A stretch of DNA of 64,000 nucleotides. Origin: a virus. The translations under genes were made by a program, and so were the position numbers. Below the pieces are notes generated by a model. That model saw only the letters and a list, made by a program, of their open reading frames with translations. It did not search any database and was not told where the DNA came from. Positions 48,501 through 57,516 of this stretch are shown here, one piece after another. Each line of letters opens with the position of its first letter. Position 1 is the stretch's first letter. Location of the stretch: IMG/VR virus record IMGVR_UViG_3300025195_000023, positions 1-64,000 of that record. The stretch is one strand, 5' to 3'.

Positions 48501-50111
48501 TTACACGATGTAGGACGCAATGGGGCTGTCGTAGTCGTCAGCGTCTTCCATATCCCAGATAGGATCATTATCCCGTTGCACCAGGTCCCCTGTCTCAGAA
48601 GGTTTCCAGGTGGTGAGCTGAGCCAGCTGACTGATGGTATCCAGGAAGTCATCCTGCTTGGATCGGAACCCACCCTTTGAGGCCAGGGACAGTTCGTTCA
48701 TGGCTTCACGCAGCTCCGGAGTGTCCCGCTTCTCAATCGGGAAGAACATCTTCCGTTGCTTGAACATGGGTACCATGATGTTGAACCGTTCCAGCTTGTT
48801 GGTGGTCGGCCGCAGCCCTGGCTTACCGCTGTTGTTCTCAGACGCCAACGGGAAGTACACATTGCGGGTCATCATCTCGTTCATGATCCAGGGAATGAAG
48901 CCGCCCTGCTGTCCCGAGACCTCGATACCCACACCCTGTGGCCGGTACTGTTGTGCCAGGCGGAACAGGTCGTTGATGTTCTGATCCATGAGCTGACGAC
49001 GACAGACACCGTCTACCCACAGCCAGTCCCCGTTGTTATTCAGGGCCCACACGCTGATTACCGAGAAGTCGGACTTCTCCTTCTCACTGGTGGCAAAGTC
49101 GGTGGTGATGTAGAAGTTGAACACATGCTGGTTGCTCAGCACGTTGCGGATGGAGTACCAGAGGATCTCATCGTCCTGGATCAGGCGATCATCGTCACTC
49201 ATGATCCGCAGCATCAGTTCCTGGTTGAAGGTATCCACCTTGCCCAACAGCTTGGCTTTGTCGTACTGCTCTTTCACGTAGTCGTATGTGAAACGATCTG
49301 GCCAGCTGCCCCGGAACTCCTCCCGGGAACAGGGGAACTGCTCGCACACCGGAAACACGTTCACTGCCCAGGCCCCGGACTCTACCGCTTTGTACAGGGG
49401 ATCCTTGGCGTTAAACGGTGTTCCGGACCAGATCATCATGTTCTTGGTCGGGTGCAGGGCGTATTCCACCGCCTTGTACACCGTATCCTCCACAGCCGCG
49501 ATGACCGTTGCAGAGCGGGCATCCTCATCCGAGATCAAGTCATCGAGAATGGCCAACTGGGGACGTTTACCCATTTCCTTGGCACCCCGTACACCGGTCT
49601 TGGCACCGTACCCCTTGACGATGAACACCTTGCCATCGGCGTTGTGGAACTCCCAACGGATATCGGTGAACTTGGCCACCGGAATGTATTCCTTGAGGAA
49701 GTCGGAGTTATCCCGTCGGAACTCCAGGTTCTTCCGCATGTTCTTCACACCGTTCTCAATGGAGTCCGACACGTACAGGGCCAGGTCCACCTTTCCGAAG
49801 CCGGGCAACTCCCCATAGACCGCAATGTACAGGAACAGGTATTCCCCCATCACAGTGGTCTTGGCGATCCCCCGGTGACACAGGTTTGCGATCCGTCGGC
49901 CACCATCGGCAATCGTATCCAGCATGTGGTAGTGGACCAGGGGCGTCAGGTTCTCCTCACCTTCTTCCCCGTTCACCAGCTTGATGAAGGTCACGAACTC
50001 CAGGGCAAAGTCACTGGGGACGTAGGAAGGGTCCGGGACATAGTTGACGGCATTGAGGTAGTCCTCTACCCCCATGTGCTTCTTGAGAGCCTGGGCGACA
50101 GAATCACTCAT
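48501..50111 (-). CDS. terL: Terminase large subunit (N4 gp68-like)
   Basis: HRGIAKTT, ILDDL, ITTDFA and KQDDFLDT motifs. Confidence 0.95.
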   Translation of the reverse strand: MSDSVAQALKKHMGVEDYLNAVNYVPDPSYVPSDFALEFVTFIKLVNGEEGEENLTPLVHYHMLDTIADGGRRIANLCHRGIAKTTVMGEYLFLYIAVYGELPGFGKVDLALYVSDSIENGVKNMRKNLEFRRDNSDFLKEYIPVAKFTDIRWEFHNADGKVFIVKGYGAKTGVRGAKEMGKRPQLAILDDLISDEDARSATVIAAVEDTVYKAVEYALHPTKNMMIWSGTPFNAKDPLYKAVESGAWAVNVFPVCEQFPCSREEFRGSWPDRFTYDYVKEQYDKAKLLGKVDTFNQELMLRIMSDDDRLIQDDEILWYSIRNVLSNQHVFNFYITTDFATSEKEKSDFSVISVWALNNNGDWLWVDGVCRRQLMDQNINDLFRLAQQYRPQGVGIEVSGQQGGFIPWIMNEMMTRNVYFPLASENNSGKPGLRPTTNKLERFNIMVPMFKQRKMFFPIEKRDTPELREAMNELSLASKGGFRSKQDDFLDTISQLAQLTTWKPSETGDLVQRDNDPIWDMEDADDYDSPIASYIV

Positions 50112-50799
50112 CTACAGGCTCCCCGGTCTTGTCATAGGTCAGCTTGCTGTGGGCCACCTCCTGGGCATTCATCTGCCCGGATTGCACCTGTAGCCGCTGC
50201 TGTGCTGCCAGGGCCATCGTAGCCTCCCGCAGGGCTGCGATAGAGCTGTCTTCCTTCTGGCTCACCTCCAACTCCACCTTCTGGGTCTCAGGCATCTTCA
50301 GGTGGGTCAGGATAGAGTTGGCTGCATCTGATCGAACCTTCTCACTCTTGGCGTTACTCATCAGGTCTGCCTGGACATTCAGGGCCCGCTGATACAGATC
50401 CTGGTTCAACACCCAACTGGGAATCAGGGATTGCTCCATGATCAACGTCACCAGCTTGGACTTATTGTAGGCCGTCACATAGCTGGCTTGGTCCTTGGGC
50501 TGTACACCCCGGGCCATCCAGTCCTGGATCTTGTCCGGAAAGGTTGCAGTGAACGCTGCCATATTGGTTTTACCCATCAACTTCTGGCTCACGTACTTCA
50601 CAGCGTCAATGTAACTGGACAGTTTGAACTTACCGTCCTGCATCACATTGGCATAACTCAACAGGTTCTCACGGTAGACTTCATACATATCTGGATCACC
50701 CAGAGTAGTATTCATCTTGTCGATAAGTTCCTGGTTAACTGACTTCTTTACCCGGGCGGGTAATGCTTCTTTGAACTGATCAACTGTTAAGGCATCCAT
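50104..50799 (-). CDS. N4 gp69-like protein (probable terminase small subunit)
   Basis: YIDAVKYVS..SEKVRSDAANSILTHLK; GAGGTG RBS before the ATG at 50799. Confidence 0.8.
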   Translation of the reverse strand: MDALTVDQFKEALPARVKKSVNQELIDKMNTTLGDPDMYEVYRENLLSYANVMQDGKFKLSSYIDAVKYVSQKLMGKTNMAAFTATFPDKIQDWMARGVQPKDQASYVTAYNKSKLVTLIMEQSLIPSWVLNQDLYQRALNVQADLMSNAKSEKVRSDAANSILTHLKMPETQKVELEVSQKEDSSIAALREATMALAAQQRLQVQSGQMNAQEVAHSKLTYDKTGEPVDE

Positions 50800-50861
50800 A
50801 CTCACCTCAATGCATTAGGTATATCGGGTGACTATAGGGCAGTGCAGTTATATCTGCTGGG

Positions 50862-50888
50862 AAAAAGAAGCCCCACATAAGTGAGGCT
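50862..50888 (-). terminator. Terminator-like hairpin after the DUF5675 gene
   Basis: AGCCCCAC-ataa-GTGAGGCT with a T-tract on the minus strand. Confidence 0.55.
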
Positions 50889-50920
50889 CAATAGGAAGAC
50901 AACCATGCAGAACCAGTATA

Positions 50921-51376
50921 TCAAGGATATTCCATAATGAACGGTCGAATATCCAACGACCAATCACTGTGCTGATCCAGCAAGGCCATTACTTCCCTGA
51001 ACGCGGAGCGAGAGTCCAGAACCGATGGTACCCACTGGCCTTTACGGTTTTGAGAGACCTCATAGCGTTTACCAACACCAATGCACCCTGCAAGGTCATC
51101 CATCCAATTCGCGGGATGCAGCATAATGTAGCTTCGACCTGGGACATTGGTAACTTCCCATCCTTCACGGAACTCACCACCACTGGTTCGTTGTACCACG
51201 GGAGAGTAACGCTTCTCCAGGTAATACAGGCCATCAGGAATACAGGAAACAAACGGTTCATTATTAATCCATGGGCGTTCAATCGTATAAAAGACTTCCC
51301 CGGTTGGAAACTTCAGTTCACCAAAGACACCCCAGGGTGTAAAAGCATTACGGGTTAATACAACGTTTTTAGACAT
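50921..51376 (-). CDS. DUF5675 family protein (L,D-transpeptidase-like, candidate endolysin)
   Basis: YTIERPW..SCIPDGLY..VPGRSYIMLHPANW..GCIGVG..SRSAF pattern. Confidence 0.8.
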   Translation of the reverse strand: MSKNVVLTRNAFTPWGVFGELKFPTGEVFYTIERPWINNEPFVSCIPDGLYYLEKRYSPVVQRTSGGEFREGWEVTNVPGRSYIMLHPANWMDDLAGCIGVGKRYEVSQNRKGQWVPSVLDSRSAFREVMALLDQHSDWSLDIRPFIMEYP

Positions 51377-51537
51377 AACTCCTCACAATCAATAAGTAGT
51401 CGAGGAGTTACTTATACCAATTTCGATTTCAGGTTTTTGGGAAAAAATTAAAATTGGGTACGGAGGCAGTGCTGACAGGTAGGACTAAATAAAAACAACT
51501 ACCCCCCCGGTACCTTCTACCTACCTTCTCTACACTA

Positions 51538-51557
51538 GCCCTTCGGGTGTGCTACGG
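51538..51557 (+). promoter_or_regulatory. Putative vRNAP hairpin promoter 1
   Basis: GCCC-TTC-GGGT-GTG-CTACGG; the template strand forms a C-GAA-G hairpin; 30 nt upstream of an early ORF. Confidence 0.75.
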
Positions 51558-51587
51558 ATCCATCCATCAACTTCGGAGTACTATCCT

Positions 51588-51785
51588 ATGTTCGCAGCAC
51601 TAGCCCAACTGTGGTCAGCCATGTCAGCCCTGTTCTCAGCCGTCGAGCGAGGTGCAACAGCCCTCGATCACCTTGCCCGAGTAGGCGAGGAGACCGCAGC
51701 CGAGTACGCAGACGATGCAGCCAAGGCCAGAGCCAAAGCTCGCCGTCAGGTCACAGCCGCCAGAACCAAGGCCAAGACCAAGTAA
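51588..51785 (+). CDS. Early hypothetical protein
   Basis: GGAG RBS; MFAALAQLWSAM; followed by a terminator. Confidence 0.75.
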   Translation: MFAALAQLWSAMSALFSAVERGATALDHLARVGEETAAEYADDAAKARAKARRQVTAARTKAKTK

Positions 51786-51790
51786 GCATC

Positions 51791-51819
51791 AGGCTCCCTT
51801 CGGGGAGTCTAGCTTTCTT
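51791..51819 (+). terminator. Terminator
   Basis: AGGCTCCC-TTCG-GGGAGTCT followed by a T-rich tail. Confidence 0.7.
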
Positions 51820-51959
51820 CTACACAACTACACATCTACACAACTGGAGATAGATAGTTTAACCCTGAAAGGGGACTGTACTTCTGATTCACCTGAGCCT
51901 CAGCTCAGTGCCAGATACACTCCGTGTATGCCATGAGTCCAATACATTAGGAGTACGTT

Positions 51960-52166
51960 ATGTCTGCACCACTGAAGCTCTACCCTTGCAGGGGAGTGAA
52001 TCTCTACTCACATCCACTGATGAAACAGTTCTTCTCTACGTCTGCCAATGACGAGCAATGTGAAAAGGTAGGAGAGAACAGTGAGACTGATCCAGTTGAT
52101 TTCACTGTTAACTCACCATTACCTGATAACTCAACATCAAACATCATCAATCTCTTCAAACGTTAA
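51960..52166 (+). CDS. Early hypothetical protein
   Basis: AGGAG RBS; 68 aa. Confidence 0.6.
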   Translation: MSAPLKLYPCRGVNLYSHPLMKQFFSTSANDEQCEKVGENSETDPVDFTVNSPLPDNSTSNIINLFKR

Positions 52167-52260
52167 GCTAACAGTCTCTACCTATGAACCGATACGAAGC
52201 CGATAGGCTAACTGTATTGAGTCTCAGTAGAGGCTTCACCTCTATTTATTAAGTCGTTTT

Positions 52261-52280
52261 GCGCTTCGCGTGTGTTGCGG
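52261..52280 (+). promoter_or_regulatory. Putative vRNAP hairpin promoter 2
   Basis: GCGC-TTC-GCGT-GTG-TTGCGG. Confidence 0.8.
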
Positions 52281-52327
52281 AAGACATAGCATTCTGCTGT
52301 GTCATTGCTCACCACTGGAGGTGACCT

Positions 52328-52520
52328 ATGTATTCCAACGACGAGCTTGCTGCTATGGAGTTCCTGGCTGATCTTGAGCAACAGGACTTGGAGCATCAAC
52401 GGTACGTTGCTGAGTGCGAGCTTGATCAGCTCGTAGCCATGCAACCGGAACAGTTGGGTGCTGGCTGTAAGCCTCTGCCTATCCACTTCCGCGATGCCTA
52501 TGGCATCGACATACCCTTCT

Positions 52521-52522
<2 letters not shown>
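52328..52522 (+). CDS. Early acidic hypothetical protein
   Basis: GGAGGTG RBS; ends in DIPF, an SSB-tail-like motif. Confidence 0.75.
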
Positions 52523-52570
<48 letters not shown>

Positions 52571-52571
52571 C

Positions 52572-52591
52572 GCGCTTCGCGTGTGTCACGG
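52572..52591 (+). promoter_or_regulatory. Putative vRNAP hairpin promoter 3
   Basis: GCGC-TTC-GCGT-GTG-TCACGG. Confidence 0.8.
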
Positions 52592-52630
52592 CAGGCATGT
52601 GCCTGTATTCACACTTGGGAGAGTGACGCT

Positions 52631-52816
52631 ATGAGCTTACAAATGCCAATTGACGCCAGATATCACATCACTGTGTTCGATGAGTCTGGTGCCGTCATCC
52701 ACTACGACGATCTTGATCGTGAAGCCATGGATGAGTTCCGTATGACTCACATGGACGATGATCTTGACTATGCCATCGAGTATGGCATCAAGCGTGGAGG
52801 CCAGATCCATGAATGA
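52631..52816 (+). CDS. Early hypothetical protein
   Basis: GGAG RBS; MSLQMPIDARY start. Confidence 0.7.
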   Translation: MSLQMPIDARYHITVFDESGAVIHYDDLDREAMDEFRMTHMDDDLDYAIEYGIKRGGQIHE

Positions 52817-52907
52817 TCTGGGCTTCTACGGATTGCTTGCAGTCCTGTCATTGGCAGGGCTGTGGCTGGTGTGGGACGACTTCAAGTCCCACCGTAAATC
52901 ACGTTAG
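52809..52907 (+). CDS. 32-aa single-TM peptide (not in the ORF track)
   Basis: GGAGG RBS; MNDLGFYGLLAVLSLAGLWLVWDDFKSHRKSR; the stop abuts a terminator. Confidence 0.6.
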   Translation: MNDLGFYGLLAVLSLAGLWLVWDDFKSHRKSR

Positions 52908-52932
52908 GCACCTTCGGGTGCCTTATCTTTTT
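52906..52932 (+). terminator. Terminator
   Basis: AGGCACC-TTCG-GGTGCCT followed by TATCTTTTT. Confidence 0.75.
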
Positions 52933-53043
52933 CTACACAGCCATGCAACCTAACCTTTAACAATTTCTGACATTTCGGAGGTAGTCCCATGCCTAAACAT
53001 GTATAAAATGCACCGCATTTCCATGCGAGAATGTGTCGCATTA

Positions 53044-53063
53044 ACACTTCGTGTGTGTTACGG
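53044..53063 (+). promoter_or_regulatory. Putative vRNAP hairpin promoter 4
   Basis: ACAC-TTC-GTGT-GTG-TTACGG, with a compensatory stem change. Confidence 0.8.
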
Positions 53064-53085
53064 GATCACAACACGGAGATAGATA

Positions 53086-53223
53086 ATGATCACCATCCTG
53101 TACTGCTGCCCTGTCTGTGGCTGTCACTGGGAACAATCCCTGAGCCAGACCGAGACAGTTATCACGCCTGAGTGCCAATGCCCGTCCTGCGAGGAGCCCG
53201 TTAGCGGAGTACTGAGTCGCTAG
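53086..53223 (+). CDS. 45-aa Zn-ribbon protein (not in the ORF track)
   Basis: GGAG RBS; MITILYCCPVCGCHWEQ..ECQCPSCEEPVSGVLSR; fills the gap between promoters 4 and 5. Confidence 0.7.
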   Translation: MITILYCCPVCGCHWEQSLSQTETVITPECQCPSCEEPVSGVLSR

Positions 53224-53229
53224 TGCGTG

Positions 53230-53249
53230 ACGCTTCGCGTGTGGTACGG
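53230..53249 (+). promoter_or_regulatory. Putative vRNAP hairpin promoter 5
   Basis: ACGC-TTC-GCGT-GTG-GTACGG. Confidence 0.8.
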
Positions 53250-53302
53250 ATCGTTTAGCAATGGTGCTGGACTTAACTAATTGAATACAGTGGAGTATTG
53301 AT

Positions 53303-53599
53303 ATGGGATTCCAAACTGCAACTGCAACCAACAACGTTCGTTCCTTCGACCGTCCGGTGAATGCCCAGAATGATCAGTGGAAGTCTGATGCCTTCATCAA
53401 CTTGTACGTTCCGACCCGTCAGGGTGGTCGTCGTAAGCTGGGCTCTGTGGGCCTGAAGCTGAGTAAGCCGATGGAAAAGCAGATCCTCGACTTCTTGGCT
53501 GACTCCGGTGAGGAAGGTCTGGCCCAGCTCAAAGAGCGACTGGTGCTGGACTTCCAGCGTGCCGATGGACAGAACGGTGATGAACTCGACCTCGGTTGA
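53303..53599 (+). CDS. Early protein, N4 gp1-like (possible RNAP II cofactor)
   Basis: WKSDAFINLYVP..GGRRKLG..LK resembles my recollection of gp1-like proteins; positioned before RNAP II. Confidence 0.6.
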   Translation: MGFQTATATNNVRSFDRPVNAQNDQWKSDAFINLYVPTRQGGRRKLGSVGLKLSKPMEKQILDFLADSGEEGLAQLKERLVLDFQRADGQNGDELDLG

Positions 53600-53616
53600 T
53601 TGTCACCAATGCACTG

Positions 53617-53651
53617 AAACAGGGATGCCTTCGGGTGTCCCTGTTTTGTTT
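53617..53651 (+). terminator. Terminator
   Basis: AAACAGGGATGCC-TTCG-GGTGTCCCTGTTT followed by TGTTT. Confidence 0.8.
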
Positions 53652-53676
53652 CTACCTTCCGATAAAGAGTTGAACC

Positions 53677-53865
53677 ATGAGCAAGTATCCGCTGATCAAG
53701 CTGTTCTCTGACACCTTTGGTGGTACCAAGCGTACTGATCGACCTGCTCCACGTAAGCCAGCCAAACAGACTGAAGAGGCTGCAAAGCAAGCCATCATGC
53801 AGGCCAAGCTCAAGCGTGCCCGTAAGAAGGCCAAGCGTGCTGCCAACCTACAGAAGCAGGGGTAA
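53677..53865 (+). CDS. Small basic protein
   Basis: Lys/Arg-rich helical C-terminus. Confidence 0.65.
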   Translation: MSKYPLIKLFSDTFGGTKRTDRPAPRKPAKQTEEAAKQAIMQAKLKRARKKAKRAANLQKQG

Positions 53866-53900
53866 ACCCGTTCACATCGTTCGTTATTGAGGAGCAAACC

Positions 53901-54827
53901 ATGACCCAACGAATGCTGCCACGCGATACGCAACTGGCCAATGAGTACACCTTTAGCCGCAAGTTCATTGATGGCTACATATTGAAGGAGATCGAGTCAA
54001 ATCCCGACATGATTGCCAAGGTTAACCATGGTGTGCAACTGCTCACAGATTGGTTGGCCAAGGATCATGGGTACGCCAGCAAGAACCATCGTCTGGCCCA
54101 ATTGGCTGACATTGATCTGGAGGAACTGGTCAAGCAACTGTTCGTGGGTGTGGCGTACTGCCAGACACCGGAACTGTTTACCAGTGTCACAGCGATGCTG
54201 GCTGGTCGTGTGAAGTTCGACGACAAGGCTGACAGCATCCTCACAGTGGCTGAGATCATGTCAGTGCTGTGCCTCACGGACGCCTTCGACATTATCAAAG
54301 GCGAGGCCAGTGATTCACTGGTGATCCAGTCGAACATACCTCTGAGTGACCAGCTGCTCCGGTACGTGGTGCAATCCGGTTACCTGCCACCGATGGTCTG
54401 TGAGCCAGAGCACGTAAGCTCCAACTATGACAGCGGGTACCTCACCCACAATGACTGTCTGATCTTGGGCAAGGCCAATGGCCACTCCGGTGATATCTGT
54501 CTGGACGTGATCAACAAGCAGAACAGTGTGGCCCTGAAGCTCGATCTGGACTTCCTCAAGACCGTTGAAGAGGAGCCCGCTCACGACTTGGACACGCCTG
54601 AAAAAGCCCAGCAATGGGCTGAGTTCAAGCGTCAGTCCTATCAGCGATACCTGCTGATTGCCCAACAGGGAAACCAGTTCTGGTTGACAAACAAAGTCGA
54701 CAAACGTGGTCGCCTGTATTCACAGGGATACCACATCACCACACAGGGCTCTGGCTTCAAAAAGGCGATGATTGAGTTTGCCGAGGAGGAGATCGTCGAA
54801 GGAGTACCGGATGCTTGGACAACATAA
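53901..54827 (+). CDS. RNA polymerase II subunit 1 (N4 gp15-like)
   Basis: YLPPMVCEP and DKRGRLYSQGYHITTQG (T7-like DxRGR motif). Confidence 0.93.
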   Translation: MTQRMLPRDTQLANEYTFSRKFIDGYILKEIESNPDMIAKVNHGVQLLTDWLAKDHGYASKNHRLAQLADIDLEELVKQLFVGVAYCQTPELFTSVTAMLAGRVKFDDKADSILTVAEIMSVLCLTDAFDIIKGEASDSLVIQSNIPLSDQLLRYVVQSGYLPPMVCEPEHVSSNYDSGYLTHNDCLILGKANGHSGDICLDVINKQNSVALKLDLDFLKTVEEEPAHDLDTPEKAQQWAEFKRQSYQRYLLIAQQGNQFWLTNKVDKRGRLYSQGYHITTQGSGFKKAMIEFAEEEIVEGVPDAWTT

Positions 54828-54942
54828 CCAGATCACGTACCTGTACTTCTGCACGTTGGGTGGCTTGTCTCACCCACGTTGCAGGAAGGCCCACAGACAG
54901 AACGGGAACCACACCTACTTCACCTATCACCTGATCACCTGA
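54811..54942 (+). CDS. 43-aa hypothetical protein between the RNAP II subunits (not in the ORF track)
   Basis: AGGAG RBS; MLGQHNQITYLYFCTLGGLSHPRCRKAHRQNGNHTYFTYHLIT. Confidence 0.5.
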   Translation: MLGQHNQITYLYFCTLGGLSHPRCRKAHRQNGNHTYFTYHLIT

Positions 54943-55015
54943 ATAACAGTCCCCACAGCCGGTCTCCGGCCGGTTGGCGGGGCCCATAACAGAAGACATT
55001 ACTGGGAGAACAGAC

Positions 55016-56260
55016 ATGCAGCTATTCACAGGCTGGGATTACCTATTGATTGATGTGGCCAACCAGTTTGGTCACGACAAAGAACTGTTCGCAGACCGGA
55101 TCCAGTGGACAACTGAGAATCTGGAACACCTCGAGGAGTTGGCCGATGAGGCTGATGAGAGAGCCCTGTACCTCAAGGGTGTACAGGCCATCCGTAAGGC
55201 TCAACAGGGTGTGCCTACTGGCCACATGATCGGTTTCGACGCGGTATGCAGTGGCATGCAGATTATGTCCACCCTGACCGGTTGTGAAGCCGGTGCCAAT
55301 GCCACAGGGCTGGTTGATCCCAACCGTCGTGCAGACGCTTACACCGACTGTACCGGTATCATGCAGCGGTTCATCCCTACCTTACCGGACAACGAGCGGA
55401 AGAAGATCAAGCAGGCGGTAATGACCGTCCTGTACGGATCCAAGCGTGAGCCCAAGAACCTCTTCGGTGAAGGTACCGAGGAACTCAATGCCTTCTACAA
55501 GGCCATGGGTGAACTGGCACCGGGAGCCGTAGAGCTACTGGAAGACCTGCTCAACAGCTGGCAGCCATTCGCACTGAGCCATGAATGGGTACTCCCTGAC
55601 GGTTACGAAGCCAAGGTCAAAGTCATGACCAAGGTTGAGAAGCGACTGGAGGTAGATGAACTGGATCATGCTACGTTCAGCTACGAGTACTACGTCAACG
55701 AAGGACAGGAGAAAGGCCTCAGCAACGTGGCCAACGTCGTGCATAGCATCGACGCCTACGTACTCCGTAGCCTGATCCGCCGCTGCAACTACGACCATGG
55801 TCTCATCCTATGGGCGTCTGAGGTTATCGAAATGGTCTTGCTGGAACGTGCCACAGGTGTAGAACACTCAGTGGATACCTACTGGCTCGACGACGACTTC
55901 AACCACTTACGTGAGCGATACGAAGCCACCCAGATGCCGGATATCCGGATTCTGGACTACTGTGGTGTCCTTGAGATCAAAGCCCTGTCCAGTGACCACC
56001 TGCGGGCACTGGCCAACATCGTGAACAGCATGCTGGAGCATAAGCCCTTCCCTATCGTGTCTGTCCACGATGAGTTCAAGTGCCATGCCAACAACATGAA
56101 CTGGCTGCGTCTGCACTACCGCGATATCTTCGCAGAGATGGCAGATTCCACCATCCTCGATGATGTACTGAGCCAGCTGTACGGTACCCAAGGGCACTTC
56201 CCCAAGAAGTCTCCGAACCTTGCAGCCAAGATCCGCAACTCCAACTACGCACTGTCCTGA
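55016..56260 (+). CDS. RNA polymerase II subunit 2 (N4 gp16-like)
   Basis: FDAVCSGMQ (motif A), RKKIKQAVMTVLYGS (motif B), ANVVHSIDA and SVHDEF (motif C); ends NSNYALS. Confidence 0.94.
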   Translation: MQLFTGWDYLLIDVANQFGHDKELFADRIQWTTENLEHLEELADEADERALYLKGVQAIRKAQQGVPTGHMIGFDAVCSGMQIMSTLTGCEAGANATGLVDPNRRADAYTDCTGIMQRFIPTLPDNERKKIKQAVMTVLYGSKREPKNLFGEGTEELNAFYKAMGELAPGAVELLEDLLNSWQPFALSHEWVLPDGYEAKVKVMTKVEKRLEVDELDHATFSYEYYVNEGQEKGLSNVANVVHSIDAYVLRSLIRRCNYDHGLILWASEVIEMVLLERATGVEHSVDTYWLDDDFNHLRERYEATQMPDIRILDYCGVLEIKALSSDHLRALANIVNSMLEHKPFPIVSVHDEFKCHANNMNWLRLHYRDIFAEMADSTILDDVLSQLYGTQGHFPKKSPNLAAKIRNSNYALS

Positions 56261-56268
56261 GGTAAACC

Positions 56269-56370
56269 ATGGAACTACTCAAGATTATCGGCTATATCAC
56301 GATTTCCAGCACACTCATAGGGGTAGCAGTTGGAAGCTGTATCTATGGGATATTGACACTCATAGGCTAA
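56269..56370 (+). CDS. 33-aa hydrophobic peptide (not in the ORF track)
   Basis: GAGGT RBS; MELLKIIGYITISSTLIGVAVGSCIYGILTLIG. Confidence 0.5.
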   Translation: MELLKIIGYITISSTLIGVAVGSCIYGILTLIG

Positions 56371-56417
56371 GACGTGATTAACAGCGGGCCTCCGGCCCGT
56401 CGGTGAGTGTGAACCTT

Positions 56418-56455
56418 TGAGATCAGTCCTACGGGACTGGTCTCACTTCTTTTTT
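56418..56455 (+). terminator. Terminator ending the early region
   Basis: TGAGATCAGTCC-TACG-GGACTGGTCTCA followed by CTTCTTTTTT. Confidence 0.8.
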
Positions 56456-56626
56456 CATGTTGCTGACTTCTCCCAGTTAGCGTCATTCGCTTGGGCACCT
56501 TCCGGTGCCCAGGCTCTTTTATTCTGGCTCTCCCAGCCACTGATTATCCAAGCCATAGATAGTCAGACCGATATTCTAACTTCCCGAAATTGACCCTTTC
56601 CGACGATATACAGCCGAGGCCCTATC

Positions 56627-57109
56627 ATGACCGTAAAATGCCTGAATGACTTCGATCAAGCCGCCATTGTCCACTACTACACCCACGGCAAAATGAACCA
56701 GACAGAACTGGCTCTACACTTTGCCGTTCATCGCAGGACTATCCAACGTGTCCTGATTGATAAAGGTGTCCTGGTCTACAAGGACAAAGGCCCCAAGCCT
56801 GTCCCACTCAAGCCCAGACCCCTTCAGAAGTCCTTACCTTTTGACCGCCCATCGCACCTGACTCGCCGTGAGCAGCAGGATATGCAGATAGTCAAGATCG
56901 TCCGGGATGCCGGTTACGAGACCGCAGAGGACGTGAAGAAGCGACTGGACACGCCACCACTGACCCGAACCAACGTGGAGCTTTACCTGTGCCGACTGCC
57001 AGATAGTCAGTTTGCCGCTTTGGCTTACGCGGTAGGCCTGGTTCGTCTCAAACAGATCCAGGACCGCTCAGAAGCGTCCAGGAAGGACCAGGAGGCTGCC
57101 AATGGCTAA
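56627..57109 (+). CDS. HTH-domain protein
   Basis: MNQTELALHFAVHRRTIQRVL. Confidence 0.8.
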   Translation: MTVKCLNDFDQAAIVHYYTHGKMNQTELALHFAVHRRTIQRVLIDKGVLVYKDKGPKPVPLKPRPLQKSLPFDRPSHLTRREQQDMQIVKIVRDAGYETAEDVKKRLDTPPLTRTNVELYLCRLPDSQFAALAYAVGLVRLKQIQDRSEASRKDQEAANG

Positions 57110-57293
57110 CGTCATGCCCAACCCCTTGTACCCACGCAAAGACAGCCTGGAAGAGGCTGAGCAGTACCTACGTACACAGCTGCCCATCACAAGTCCGAAC
57201 GAGTTGACAGCAACATTGGCGATTTACCGCAACACCCTACTGCGCCTGGTTCAGCAGAGAGCTACCCATGAAGAATGCCACTGTACGCCCTAA
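57102..57293 (+). CDS. Hypothetical protein
   Basis: AGGAGG RBS; LPITSPNEL..YRNTLL. Confidence 0.7.
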   Translation: MANVMPNPLYPRKDSLEEAEQYLRTQLPITSPNELTATLAIYRNTLLRLVQQRATHEECHCTP

Positions 57294-57501
57294 GGTTTAC
57301 CGCCTCTACATGCCCTGGGACTCCATCCACAAATGCGTCTCTGTACGGGCCGTTGAGGTGATTGGAACCAACCAGGTTCGTATCCATTCCAGTCGAGTCA
57401 CTCAATTCGTTGAGAACGATCCAGACACCCTCAGACAGCACGGGTACTACCCGACACCTGCAGAGGCTATCGAGGCCTTGGACGAACTTAAAGCAATCTG
57501 A
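57268..57501 (+). CDS. Hypothetical protein
   Basis: 77 aa within a tightly packed operon. Confidence 0.6.
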   Translation: MKNATVRPKVYRLYMPWDSIHKCVSVRAVEVIGTNQVRIHSSRVTQFVENDPDTLRQHGYYPTPAEAIEALDELKAI

Positions 57502-57516
57502 CACAGGACACCCACC

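Noticed and set aside
48756-50222. 488-aa ORF antisense to terminase
   Set aside because: Fully overlaps a clear terL; composition is typical of an antisense shadow.
52989-53006. Mini-ORF MPKHV after a GGAGGT RBS
   Set aside because: Only five codons; possibly a gene remnant, but it cannot be supported.
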